A stretch of 64,000 bases of DNA from an uncultured delta proteobacterium (GTDB lineage: Bacteria > Desulfobacterota > Binatia > HRBIN30 > BPIQ01): positions 192,001 to 256,000 of the forward strand of contig CAVXGR010000018.1 in NCBI GenBank assembly GCA_963761335.1, read 5' to 3'. The translations under genes were made by a program, and so were the position numbers. How positions within the stretch are numbered: the stretch's first letter is position 1; every line of letters starts with the position of its first letter. Below are positions 1-10,513 of this stretch, one piece after another. A model generated the notes under the pieces. That model searched no databases. It saw only the letters and a list, made by a program, of their open reading frames with translations, and had not been told where the DNA came from.

Positions 1-726
1 GACGGCGGCGGCACCAGCGCCCATCTCGAGCGCGTCGTCAACGAGGTGGCCGCGCAGAAGGGCTGCCTACTGATCCCATCGTTCGCCGTCGGCCGCACCC
101 AGGACGTGCTCTATCTGCTCGGGCAGCTCGAGGACCAAAAGCGCATTCCAGTGCTGCCGGTATACGTCGACAGCCCCATGGCGACCGACGTCACCGAGGT
201 GTACATGCGCCACGCCGAGGACTTCGACGCCGAGGCCAAGGCGGTGCAGGGGCGCTCGCCGCTGCGCACCCGGCGCACGCAGTTCGTCGCCACGCCGCGC
301 GAGTCGAAGGCGCTCAACGGCCATCCCGGGCCGCTGATCATCATCTCGGCGAGCGGCATGGCCACCGGCGGCCGGGTGCTGCACCACCTGCAGCACCGCC
401 TCCCCGAGCCGCACACCACCGTGCTTCTCGTCGGCTACCAGGCGGCCGGCACCCGCGGTCGCCGCCTGCTCGAGGGCGCCGAGGAGCTCAAGATGTTCGG
501 CGAGATGGTCCCGGTGCGCGCCCGTGTGCTGGAGCTCGGCGGTCTCTCTGCACACGGCGACTACAACGACATCCTTCGCTGGCTCGAGGGCTTCGAGCGC
601 GCCCCGCGGCAGACCTACATGGTCCACGGCGAGCCCGCCGCCGCCGCCGCCATGGCGGCGCGAGTGAAGGAGCGTTTCGGCTGGAAGACCGAGGTCGCCG
701 CCTACGGCGGCCACGTGGCGCTGTAG
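1..726 (+). CDS. MBL-fold beta-CASP metallo-hydrolase / RNA-processing exonuclease (5' partial)
   Basis: Frame 1 is open from base 1. Motifs IPSFAVGRTQ, DSPMA, IISASGMATGGRVLHHL, GYQAAGTRG, LSAHGD, VHGE are typical of beta-CASP/RMMBL. Confidence 0.9.
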   Translation, partial: DGGGTSAHLERVVNEVAAQKGCLLIPSFAVGRTQDVLYLLGQLEDQKRIPVLPVYVDSPMATDVTEVYMRHAEDFDAEAKAVQGRSPLRTRRTQFVATPRESKALNGHPGPLIIISASGMATGGRVLHHLQHRLPEPHTTVLLVGYQAAGTRGRRLLEGAEELKMFGEMVPVRARVLELGGLSAHGDYNDILRWLEGFERAPRQTYMVHGEPAAAAAMAARVKERFGWKTEVAAYGGHVAL

Positions 727-750
727 TCTCGGGAGGGCGAGGTCTCGAGA

Positions 751-2196
751 GTGAAGCAGCGGCGCTTGAAGGAGGTCGACGTCCGCACTCGTTCGGTCGC
801 GCAGTTCGCGCAGATCCTCGGAGAGGCGGAGATGCACAGGTTCATCATCGATGTGAGCCTGCCGATGGTTCAACGCCTCGCCGGGCGGGTCGTCTGGCAG
901 GTCAGCTCGACGGCGGTCGGCGGTGGGGTTGCGGAGATGCTGCGTCCGCTCGTCGGCTACGCTCGCGGTGCCGGAATCGACGCGCGTTGGGTCACCATCG
1001 GCGGCAATCCGGAGTTCTTCCGAATCACGAAGCGCATCCACCATGCGCTCCACGGGATGACGGGAGATGGCTCGGGCTTCGGGGACAGCGAGCGGCAGAT
1101 CTACGAGGAGACCTTGCGGCGCAATGCGGCCGTTCTCTGCGCCCGCGTGCAGCCGCGGGATATCGTCATGCTACACGATCCGCAGACGGTGGGTCTGGCC
1201 CCGGCGCTGGCACGGCAGGGCAACCACGTGATCTGGCGGTGCCACGTCGGTCGAGACACTCCCAACGAAGAGGTGGTGCGCGCCTGGTCCTTCCTCCGTC
1301 CCTACCTGGAGCACGCCAGCGCGTTCGTCTTCTCTCGCCCCGCGTACGTTCCGGAGTTCTGCGATCACGGCAAGGCGACCATCATCCAGCCCAGCATCGA
1401 TGCCTTTTCGGTGAAGAATCGAGACCTCGACGAAACGAAGGTGCGGACGATCCTGGTTCACGTCGGCTTGGTGGAGGGGCCCCCGCCGCCAAACCCCGAC
1501 CACACGTTCGAGCGGGATGACGGAACGCCCGCACGCGTCAAGCACGGCGCCGACGTGATACGGCTCGGTCGCGCCCCCACCTGGGAGACTCCCCTCGTCG
1601 TGCAGGTCTCTCGATGGGATCCACTCAAGGATCCCGTGGGAGTCATGAGCGGCTTTGCGGGGTTGCTCGAGCGGGGAGAGCAGCTGGGCGGAGCCAACCT
1701 GGTGCTCGCCGGACCAGACGTCAAGGCCGTGGCGGACGATCCCGAAGGGGCCGCGGTGCTGCAAGAGGTGGTGGACGCCTGGAGGGCGCTGCCCGACCCG
1801 GTGCGCGACCGCATCCATCTCGCCTCGTTGCCGAGCCGAGACGTGGATGAAAACGCGGTGGTCGTGAACGCACTGCAGCGACACGCGCACGTCATCGTGC
1901 AGAAGAGTCTACAGGAGGGATTCGGGCTCACGGTGACGGAAGCGATGTGGAAGGGGCGGCCGGTGATTGCCAGCGCCGTGGGTGGGATCCGGGACCAGAT
2001 CGAGAACGGCGTCAGCGGAGTCCTGCTGGATGACCCCACCGACCTGGAGGCCTTCGGCGCCGCTCTGAAAAGTGTGATCGACGATCGCGACTACGCCCGC
2101 CGGCTCGGCGAGGGCGCGTCCCAGCGCATCCGCGAGCACTTCCTCGGCGTGCGTCATCTGCAGCAGTACGCCGAGCTGATCGCCTCGCTCGATTGA
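751..2196 (+). CDS. GT4 glycosyltransferase, trehalose synthase TreT-like
   Basis: SSTAVGGGVAEML, HDPQT, IWRCH, QVSRWDPLKDP, QKSLQEGFGLTVTEAMWK motifs. Confidence 0.85.
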   Translation: MKQRRLKEVDVRTRSVAQFAQILGEAEMHRFIIDVSLPMVQRLAGRVVWQVSSTAVGGGVAEMLRPLVGYARGAGIDARWVTIGGNPEFFRITKRIHHALHGMTGDGSGFGDSERQIYEETLRRNAAVLCARVQPRDIVMLHDPQTVGLAPALARQGNHVIWRCHVGRDTPNEEVVRAWSFLRPYLEHASAFVFSRPAYVPEFCDHGKATIIQPSIDAFSVKNRDLDETKVRTILVHVGLVEGPPPPNPDHTFERDDGTPARVKHGADVIRLGRAPTWETPLVVQVSRWDPLKDPVGVMSGFAGLLERGEQLGGANLVLAGPDVKAVADDPEGAAVLQEVVDAWRALPDPVRDRIHLASLPSRDVDENAVVVNALQRHAHVIVQKSLQEGFGLTVTEAMWKGRPVIASAVGGIRDQIENGVSGVLLDDPTDLEAFGAALKSVIDDRDYARRLGEGASQRIREHFLGVRHLQQYAELIASLD

Positions 2197-2237
2197 ATCA
2201 GCTCGGCCGCCTCAGCGCGATCGGGCCGTCGCCGATG

Positions 2238-3083
2238 CTACCCGGCATAGGTGCGCCGCCAGGCGGGGCCGTCGCGGCGCACTTCGCCTTCGGCTTCGAG
2301 CTTGCGGAGGTGGGCGTTGACGGACATGGCGGCGGCAAAGTGCAGCGCCTCGGGGACGTCGGCGTAGACGCGTTTGACGATGGCCGTAGTCTCGTCGAGG
2401 CCGTCGCCGAGGCAGGTGAGGATCTGGCGCTCGCGCAGCTCGCGGTGGGCAATGTACTGCTCGATCTTCTCGTGCGGGTTGTGAATCGCCGGGCCGTGGG
2501 CCGGGTAGATGACCTCGACGTCGAGCTCGAGCAGGCGGCGCAGCGAGCCCAGGTAATCGCCGAGATCGCCGTCGTCGGGGATCACCGTGGTGCCGGCGCC
2601 GAGGACGACGTCGCCGGTGAACAGCGCCTTCTCCTCCTCGAGATAGAAGCAGAGGTGGTCCCGAGCGTGTCCGGGAGTCCAGAGGGCGCGCAGGGTGGCG
2701 CCCTCGGTGGCGACCGTGTCGCCATCGGCGAGCGCCGTGAACGAGAGACCGGCGGGGTCGCGCTGTGGCCACGGCATCTTGTAGAGCGGCACCGGTCCGA
2801 AGGCTTGCTGCAGCTGCTCGACGCCGCCGATGTGGTCGGGATGGCCGTGGGTGAGCACGATCGCCTGCAGCCCGTCGCAGGGGCGCAGCGAGCCGCAGGT
2901 CTCCTGCAGGAGTGGCAGATAGGCCGCAATTCCCTGGCCAGTGTCGAGCAGGAGGGGGCGGGGGCCGTTGCCGACGAGATAGGTGTTGGTGCCTGGGCCG
3001 GTGAACCAGCCCGGGTTGAGGCCGAGAACCACGGTGACCAGCGGACTCCACACCGCCGCCTGCGGCATCTGCATGCCGGCCAT
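2238..3083 (-). CDS. MBL-fold hydrolase, LACTB2-like with C-terminal winged helix
   Basis: NPGWFTGPGTNTYLVG, THGHPDH, TPGHARDH, FTGD, YPAHG. Start moved to ATG 3083 (track ORF extends to 3152). Confidence 0.85.
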   Translation of the reverse strand: MAGMQMPQAAVWSPLVTVVLGLNPGWFTGPGTNTYLVGNGPRPLLLDTGQGIAAYLPLLQETCGSLRPCDGLQAIVLTHGHPDHIGGVEQLQQAFGPVPLYKMPWPQRDPAGLSFTALADGDTVATEGATLRALWTPGHARDHLCFYLEEEKALFTGDVVLGAGTTVIPDDGDLGDYLGSLRRLLELDVEVIYPAHGPAIHNPHEKIEQYIAHRELRERQILTCLGDGLDETTAIVKRVYADVPEALHFAAAMSVNAHLRKLEAEGEVRRDGPAWRRTYAG

Positions 3084-3177
3084 CGAGTCGGTAACGATGC
3101 GCGTCGGGTTGCTCACCGGCCTCAGATTAGCTGCCGCGCCGGCGCCTGTCACCTGGGTGGCCGCGCCCCCAGGGCGG

Positions 3178-4413
3178 TCACGGCGAGGCGGCGAGCACCT
3201 CGACCATGACCTGGGCGCTGACCTTGTCGCCGCTGGACGACTCGGTGACGGTCACCGTGGGGAAGTAGATACCCGGAGTGACATAGGTGTGCTCCGGGCT
3301 CGGCTGCGTGCTGGTCGCGGTCCCGTCGTCGAAGTCCCACTCGATCGACACCAGCCCGGAGCCGCGGATGGTCGGCATCAGGTTCACGGTCAGCGGAGCG
3401 GTGCCCGAGGGCACGTCGACCAAAGCGGTGACGCTCAGGGGCACGGTGTTGACGCCGCTGCTGACCTCGACCTGAACGACGTCGCGCTCGGTGCTGCCGT
3501 CCGAATCGACGGCGGTCACCTGCACGAGGTAGATGCCGTCCAGGGTGAAGGCGTGGCGCGGCGCCGGACCGAAATCGTTGGGGCTACCGTCGCCGAAGTT
3601 CCACTCGTAGTCGACGCTGCCGACCTCGTTCTCTGCGGCGGCGTGGAAGAGGACGTTGAGCGGAGCGCGGCCGCGTTCCGGGTCGGCGCTGGCGGTGACT
3701 TGCAGGGAGCGCTCCGTCGGCGGGAAAGCCTCGATCACCGTGAAGGCGCGCTGCGTCTCGCCGTCTCCTTCCAGAGTGGCCTCGACCACGTAGTTGCCGG
3801 GCTCGGCGTATTCGTGCGAGGTGCTGGCGCGGCCGCTGCGGGTGCCGTCGCCGAACGACCAGACGACCTGTTGCAGGGAGGGGATGCTCACGTCGGTGAG
3901 CGCGAAGGTCACCTGTACCGGGGTTGCCCCTTTGCGGCGGGACTCCTGCACGTTGGCGGCGCCGCCCTCCGCGGGCGCGATCGCGAAGCCGGCGGGCTTG
4001 GCGACGGCGCCGTCGAGGATGACGTTGACCATCTGCAGGTCGACGTTCTCCGGGAGGCCGCGCAGCGAGATGCTGGCGGTCTGCGTGCTGATGAAGTCGA
4101 TGGTAATGTCACCGGCGGGTACCTGGGAGAGGGTGAAGCTGTGGGTTACCGGATCGACGACGGTCTGCACCTCGGGCGCTTCGCGTACCTGCACCACGAC
4201 CGCCGCGCTGGCGTCCCCGGCCGGGGCATTGAGCGCCAGGGTGGCGGCGCCCGTAGAGGTGGCCGCCAGCGAGCCGCTCACGGTGGCAAAGCCGATGCCG
4301 GTGCCGATGCCGCTGCCGCGCGTGCCGCCATCGCAGGCGCAGAGAACGGCGAGGACGAGCACCCACCACCACCGCGCCGAACAGCGTCCGATCTGTGACA
4401 TAGATTGCCTCAT
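3178..4413 (-). CDS. PKD-domain (about 3 repeats) lipoprotein
   Basis: Lipobox-like VLCAC followed by DGGTRGSGIG. Three WxFGDG/WDFDDG PKD motifs with HxY/F..PG.Y. ATGA overlap with the upstream gene. Confidence 0.8.
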   Translation of the reverse strand: MRQSMSQIGRCSARWWWVLVLAVLCACDGGTRGSGIGTGIGFATVSGSLAATSTGAATLALNAPAGDASAAVVVQVREAPEVQTVVDPVTHSFTLSQVPAGDITIDFISTQTASISLRGLPENVDLQMVNVILDGAVAKPAGFAIAPAEGGAANVQESRRKGATPVQVTFALTDVSIPSLQQVVWSFGDGTRSGRASTSHEYAEPGNYVVEATLEGDGETQRAFTVIEAFPPTERSLQVTASADPERGRAPLNVLFHAAAENEVGSVDYEWNFGDGSPNDFGPAPRHAFTLDGIYLVQVTAVDSDGSTERDVVQVEVSSGVNTVPLSVTALVDVPSGTAPLTVNLMPTIRGSGLVSIEWDFDDGTATSTQPSPEHTYVTPGIYFPTVTVTESSSGDKVSAQVMVEVLAASP

Positions 4414-5243
4414 TTCACGTTCTCATCGTCGTGAAAGTAGTAGACGCCCATGACGACTCGCTTGCGGTCGCCGCCGGGGGCCTGCGGATTGCGGTCGCGG
4501 TCGTGCGCGGCAATGAGCTTGTTCACGCGGCGCAGGAATGTCTCCCCGAGGCGGCGCAGCTCGGCGCGGAGATCGGGGAGACCGTCGCCACCGACGTTGT
4601 CGTAGATGACCTTCTGCTGCAGAAATGCATCGTGGGCCGGTGATTCGAGATTGTGCGCGACGACGCTGGTGAACTCGGCGACGTCCTCTCCCAGCATCTC
4701 GAGACGCTCGCTACTATCCGTCGCTGGAATGTAGGCTTTTTGCAACAGGCGCACGTCGCGGGTGGCCTGCAGCTCCACCGAGCCGACGCGCACCAGCTCG
4801 TCGAGCAGGGCGCGCGGCGGGATGTCGCCGCCGACGCGGCGCACCAGCTCGCAGAAGCTTGGGGCTTTGCGATCGCGCGCTTCGAACGGCAGCACGCGGG
4901 GATTTCCCGAGTCGGTATGGTAGCGCGGATCGTTGCTCCACACGTCGACGAAGCGAGTGGCGAGATTGGCGTCGAGCCGGGTTGGCGCGGGACGCGCGCG
5001 CGTGCTGCGCAGGCGCGCCACGTCGCGGCGGCTGAGCCCGGTGAGCAGGGCGATGCGGCTGTCGGTCTGGCGCCGCCCGGGCAGCGGAAAGTCGTCGTCG
5101 GCCACCTGAAAGTAGACGCGCTTGGCGATCTCCGCGAAGGCGCCGAAGGTGATCCCGTGGCGCAGCATCTGCCGGATCAGTGGCCGGAGAGCTCGCTGCG
5201 CTGCGCGGATCAGTACGGATTCTCGGCTCAAGTCGCTCGCCAC
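4410..5243 (-). CDS. DUF6502-family putative DNA-binding protein
   Basis: LRPLIRQMLRHGITF, TDSRIALLTGLSRRDV (HTH-like), W..DPRY, SF.ELVR..GDIPPRALLDEL pattern. GTG start at 5243 chosen because the longer track N-terminus runs through AT-rich promoter DNA. Confidence 0.75.
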   Translation of the reverse strand: MASDLSRESVLIRAAQRALRPLIRQMLRHGITFGAFAEIAKRVYFQVADDDFPLPGRRQTDSRIALLTGLSRRDVARLRSTRARPAPTRLDANLATRFVDVWSNDPRYHTDSGNPRVLPFEARDRKAPSFCELVRRVGGDIPPRALLDELVRVGSVELQATRDVRLLQKAYIPATDSSERLEMLGEDVAEFTSVVAHNLESPAHDAFLQQKVIYDNVGGDGLPDLRAELRRLGETFLRRVNKLIAAHDRDRNPQAPGGDRKRVVMGVYYFHDDENVK

Positions 5244-5295
5244 CCCCGTTGCTTCATACCATAGATGGACAAGGACAAACAACTGTTCATGTGCA

Positions 5296-5383
5296 GTGAC
5301 GCACACAAAAAGTTCACCTCCTGACGACAAAAACAAAAAAATATCTTGACAGATGTGTGTGCTTTGTGTGAGTATCTGCACAC
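5296..5383. promoter_or_regulatory. AT-rich divergent promoter region with TTGACA (5346-5351) and repeated GCACAC(A) motifs
   Basis: A-tracts and perfect -35 hexamer. GCACACAAAAAG at 5301, TGTGTGTGC at 5354, CTTTGTGTG at 5362, GCACAC at 5378. Confidence 0.55.
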
Positions 5384-5522
5384 GGCGATGGCAATAGGGT
5401 CATCGTCAAAACAGTCTGGGGCCCGCCCTCGAACCGGCCCACGATGGGCGGGCCCCCAGGCTGCTCTTCGAAGTGAGAAGAGTGAAGCTCCGGGCCGCGG
5501 TGCGGTGGACCCCGCGAGCTTC
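5384..5522 (+). ncRNA. Candidate structured RNA or 5' leader (four consecutive hairpins)
   Basis: Stems 5384-5392/5399-5407, 5412-5428/5446-5463, 5464-5469/5477-5482 and 5484-5494/5511-5522, just downstream of TTGACA. Confidence 0.4.
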
Positions 5523-5655
5523 CATATGTATCCCGAATTTCTGCGCGCCCTTGCCGCGCTTCGACCTTTGCCGTACGGTTCCGCTGCTCAGTGAGTGCGG
5601 CATTGCGGTGGCGGCTGCGCGGGGAACTGCGGTTCGCGATTGGGGGGAGCTCAGA

Positions 5656-6582
5656 GTGAGGGGATGCCTGAAGCGACTGTGGCTGGTGCTGCTCGCCGGA
5701 GTGTTGGCGGCGTGTGGCTCCTCGGGTGCTCCCTCGATCTCGGCGACGCCGACCTCCACGCAGTCCGTGCCGACGCCGATCCTCTCGCCGATACCCACTG
5801 ACACGGCAGCGCCGACATCGACGGTCCTGGCCACGGCGACCGTCTCTTCTCCCCGCTCACCGACCGCCGTTTCGGCGACCGCGACCCCGGGTGGCGGGGA
5901 GACGGCGACGCCGGGCTCGGTTCCTTCGGCCACGGCGACGCCATCCCCGATGGATCAGGGGCCGGTGATCACCTTTTTCGGTCTGATGCGACCGGACGGC
6001 TGCCAGACGGGCTGTTTCCAGACGGTGTGCTTTTGCCGCGTCACCCCGACGCCGATGTACGATGACGGCGGAGAGCGCATGTTGTTCGAGTCTCGCGGTG
6101 CTGGACGTGGGCTTCTGGTCATCGAGGCGAAGCCGGGGCGCAGCAGCTTGCCACCGGGAATCGTTTTGACCCCCGAGCAAGCGGGGGAGCGTCCCGATCT
6201 GCTGATCGAGTCGAGCCAGGCGCTCGGAAACGGCAGCGCCGCTGTCTGCGATCTCGGCCCGCCGCCGCCGGAGGGCGAAGGCGGCGGCATTCCCGCCATT
6301 GATCCGCCCGACTTCGGTGCGGGAGATTCGATCACCGCAGCGCTGCTGGACTTCGCGTGTCGCTTTGCGGTGCAGCCCACCGCCGGAGAAGCCTGCACTC
6401 TCAACAGCTTCGGGGACTACGCCTTCCGCAGCCCCGACTCGACCATCCAGTACTGCAATCAGTTCGCCGCGGTATCCGCCTTCCCCGTGGGGCGCACGGT
6501 GCTGACGGCGCGGCTTCGCGACGTCGCCGGCAATCTCGGTCCGCCGGCGCAGATCGTCATCGACAACCCGGGCGATTCCTGA
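5656..6582 (+). CDS. Lipoprotein with Ser/Thr/Pro-rich linker and Cys-containing C-terminal domain, function unknown
   Basis: GGGGGAG RBS before GTG 5656, lipobox LAAC, TPT-rich linker, then a globular domain with 8 Cys. Confidence 0.75.
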   Translation: MRGCLKRLWLVLLAGVLAACGSSGAPSISATPTSTQSVPTPILSPIPTDTAAPTSTVLATATVSSPRSPTAVSATATPGGGETATPGSVPSATATPSPMDQGPVITFFGLMRPDGCQTGCFQTVCFCRVTPTPMYDDGGERMLFESRGAGRGLLVIEAKPGRSSLPPGIVLTPEQAGERPDLLIESSQALGNGSAAVCDLGPPPPEGEGGGIPAIDPPDFGAGDSITAALLDFACRFAVQPTAGEACTLNSFGDYAFRSPDSTIQYCNQFAAVSAFPVGRTVLTARLRDVAGNLGPPAQIVIDNPGDS

Positions 6583-6661
6583 GGCACTCCTCGGCTTTCT
6601 GGGTCGGCGCCGGTCTGCTATGCACGGCAGGCGGAGAGCGATCGCAAAGGGAGGGAGCCGA

Positions 6662-7435
6662 ATGGAGTTCGTCAAGTACGAGAAGAAGGGTCATCTCGTC
6701 TATGTGACCATCAACCGGCCGGAGGTGATGAACGCCCTGCACCCGCCCGCCAATGACGAGCTCTCGCAGGCGTGGGACCAGTTCGCCGCCGACGCCGATG
6801 CCTGGGTGGCGATCCTCACCGGCAGCGGCGAGAAGGCTTTCTCCGCCGGCAACGACCTCAAGTACAGCGCCCAGCACGGCATGGCCGCCGTGACCCTGCC
6901 GGCGGGCGGCTTCGGGGGCATCACCGCGCGCTTCGATCTCTTCAAGCCGATCATCGCCGCGGTCAATGGCCTGGCGCTGGGCGGCGGCTTCGAGATCGCT
7001 CTGGCGTGTGACCTGATCATCGCCGCGGATCACGCCCGCTTCGGTCTTCCGGAGCCGCGCGTCGGCTTGGCGGCGCTCGCCGGCGGCATGCACCGCCTGC
7101 CGCGCCACATTCCCCTCAAGCAGGCGATGGGAATGATGCTCACCGGCCGGCAGATCTCGGCGGCCGAGGCGCAGGCGCTCGGGCTGGTGAACGAGTGCGT
7201 CGACAAGGCGGAGCTGATCCCCGCGGCGGAGCGCTGGGCGGCGCAGATCCTCGAGTGCTCGCCCACCTCGGTGCGCGCCTCGAAGCAGGCCGCCATGCTC
7301 GGCCTCGGGCTGCCGCTCGAGCAGGCAATGGGCCAGTCGTACTCTCTCGTCGGCGATCTCTTTCGCTCCGAGGACATGATGGAGGGGGTCATGGCTTTCG
7401 CTCAGAAGCGCAAGCCGGAGTGGAAGGGTAAGTGA
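6662..7435 (+). CDS. Enoyl-CoA hydratase/isomerase (crotonase, CaiD-like)
   Basis: AFSAGNDLK, KPIIAAVNGLALGGGFEIALACD, FGLPEPRVG. GGGAG RBS before ATG 6662. Confidence 0.92.
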   Translation: MEFVKYEKKGHLVYVTINRPEVMNALHPPANDELSQAWDQFAADADAWVAILTGSGEKAFSAGNDLKYSAQHGMAAVTLPAGGFGGITARFDLFKPIIAAVNGLALGGGFEIALACDLIIAADHARFGLPEPRVGLAALAGGMHRLPRHIPLKQAMGMMLTGRQISAAEAQALGLVNECVDKAELIPAAERWAAQILECSPTSVRASKQAAMLGLGLPLEQAMGQSYSLVGDLFRSEDMMEGVMAFAQKRKPEWKGK

Positions 7436-7684
7436 GGCAGGCGCTCGGGCCCGTCTGCGCCGCCGCTCTGTGCGGACTGCTGGCGGCGTCGGCGGCGCCG
7501 GCGACGCCTACCGAGACCGGCGAGAGCCGGGACCCCAGCCGCCGGCGCCGGAGCGCGCCGGGCTGAACTGGTCTCTGTGATCGCCGCCGTTCGCCGCACG
7601 GCTGGCGCCGCAGCCTCGCCCTCCCGGGACGAACTTGCTAATGTGCTGGGGTTACTCTGACTACGATTCCCCGCGAGGCGCCGA

Positions 7685-8245
7685 ATGCATCCCATCCGTT
7701 CATTGTCGTTGATCCTGGTTGCCGGCACAGCGCTGGCGGCCTGCGACATGCCCTTCTGGCAGAAGTGGAAGCCGGCCGGTGAGGCCGCGGACGTCGCGGC
7801 TGCCGAGACTCCGGCGCCGCTCGCCGCCGCAGAGACGCCGGGTATCGCTGCCCAGCCGCCACCGGTGGCAAGCCAGGCGGCCGCCGCCGAGCCCACACCG
7901 TCGCACCCGGTGACCCAGGCCGACAAGCTCTTCGTCGACTTCTGCCAGGAGTGGATGCACAAGCTCGAGGCGCGCGAGGAGTACAACATCAAGCACATCG
8001 ACTGGCATCTGCAGGACGGCAAGTACATCGGCCAGTACACCGGCTACAGCGAGGATCACACCTGCCAGGTCAAGGACGGCAACGGACCCAAGGCGACCAC
8101 CGTCGGCAAGATCCTCTATCGCGAGATGCTCTACAAGAAGGAAGGAGTGACCAAGGAGCAGGCGGCCACGGCGCGCCCGCAGGTCATCGAGATCACCGAG
8201 ACCACGGAGATCTTCCGCTACGGCAAGGGCAAGTGGACCTGGTGA
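7685..8245 (+). CDS. Hypothetical lipoprotein
   Basis: Signal peptide with LAAC lipobox, strong GC3 codon bias, stop overlaps the next ATG (TGATG). Confidence 0.75.
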   Translation: MHPIRSLSLILVAGTALAACDMPFWQKWKPAGEAADVAAAETPAPLAAAETPGIAAQPPPVASQAAAAEPTPSHPVTQADKLFVDFCQEWMHKLEAREEYNIKHIDWHLQDGKYIGQYTGYSEDHTCQVKDGNGPKATTVGKILYREMLYKKEGVTKEQAATARPQVIEITETTEIFRYGKGKWTW

Positions 8246-8777
8246 TGCCGCCGGCCAGCCGCGACATCTACCGCGGTCGCATCGTCTGGCTGCGCCTCGA
8301 AGAGGTCACCCTGCCGAACGGTCTGACCATCGAGCTGGAAGTGGTCCGCCATGCGGGTGCCTCCGCCATCGTCCCGCTGGACGAATCGGGGCAGGTGACT
8401 CTGATTCACCAGTTCCGTTACGCCGCCGGCGGCTACATTTGGGAGATTCCCGCCGGCATTCTCAAGCCGGGAGAGGCGCCGCACGCCTGCGCCGCCCGCG
8501 AGCTGCGCGAGGAGGTCGGTCTGACCGCAGCCGAGCTGACGCCGCTCGGCAGCGTGCTCACGGCCCCCGGCTTCTGTGACGAGCGCATCCACCTCTTCCT
8601 GGCCCGCCAGCTGTCGCCGGCGCCCCAGGAGCTCGATGCCGACGAGGTGCTCAGCGTGCGCTCGATGCCGCTGGCGGAAGCGCTGTCCATGGTGCAGAGC
8701 GGCGCCATCGACGACGCCAAGACGATCGCCGGGCTGACGCGTGCCGCCGCCCGCATCGCGGCGACGGACGAGAGACG

Positions 8778-8781
<4 letters not shown>
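8245..8781 (+). CDS. NUDIX hydrolase (ADP-ribose pyrophosphatase-like)
   Basis: Nudix box GILKPGEAPHACAARELREEVG, IHQFRY, DAKTI. Confidence 0.9.
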
Positions 8782-9827
<1,046 letters not shown>

Positions 9828-9872
9828 CCGGCCAGCTTGACACGCCGCGCCATTTCGTAGTCTGGTTTCGCC

Positions 9873-10385
9873 ATGACCCGCGCTCCCGATCGCCGCAAGA
9901 CAGCCGGCAAGGCCGACCGCGCTGCGCTGCTTCGCCCAGAGGACGTGCGCGAGCATCTGCTGGAAAAGGCGCGGCTGATCGCCCCGGGAGACATCGACAC
10001 GTTGGTGGCGCGCACCGACGAGGCGCGCCGCAAGGGCGACAGTGCCGCCGCCGATCATCCGCTCATGCAGCGGCAGCTCGATCTCGCCCTGGAGCTGCTC
10101 GGCGACTTTGCGGCCGAGGAGTGCCCGCAGATCCCCTACCACACCGTCTCGCTTCTCGCCGTCGCCGTCTTCTATCTGTTGGCGCCGGTGGACTTCATCC
10201 CCGACTTCATTCCCGGCATCGGCCTCAGCGACGATGCTTTGGTGATGGAGCTGGCCTTCGAGATGGCCACCGCGGGGCTGGAGCGCTACTGCCTCTGGAA
10301 GGGATTGCCGCTGGACGGTCTCGTCGGCCGCGGACCGGTGGCGCCTTCGGATCGCCCGCGTCCGAAGCCTAGAGACGGTTGTTAG
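9873..10385 (+). CDS. YkvA/DUF1232 membrane protein
   Basis: YLLAPVDFIPDFIPGIGLSDD motif. Confidence 0.85.
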   Translation: MTRAPDRRKTAGKADRAALLRPEDVREHLLEKARLIAPGDIDTLVARTDEARRKGDSAAADHPLMQRQLDLALELLGDFAAEECPQIPYHTVSLLAVAVFYLLAPVDFIPDFIPGIGLSDDALVMELAFEMATAGLERYCLWKGLPLDGLVGRGPVAPSDRPRPKPRDGC

Positions 10386-10513
10386 GTTGTTAGGTTGTTG
10401 AGTTGTTAGGTTGTTGGGTTGTCGTGTGGTCAAACGATTTCCGTCTAACACCTAACACCTAACACCTAACACCTAACAACCAACAACCTGTCCACCTGTC
10501 CACCTGTCCACCT
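10377..10513. repeat. Inverted arrays of 7-8-bp tandem repeats between convergent genes
   Basis: (GTTAGGTT)-like x5-6, then (CTAACAC)x4-5, then (CCTGTCCA)x3. Confidence 0.85.

Noticed and set aside
10377..10513. CRISPR array or telomere-like TTAGG repeat
   Set aside because: Units are 7-8 bp with no unique spacers, there are no cas genes, and the locus is internal and intergenic. The same applies to the other short arrays.
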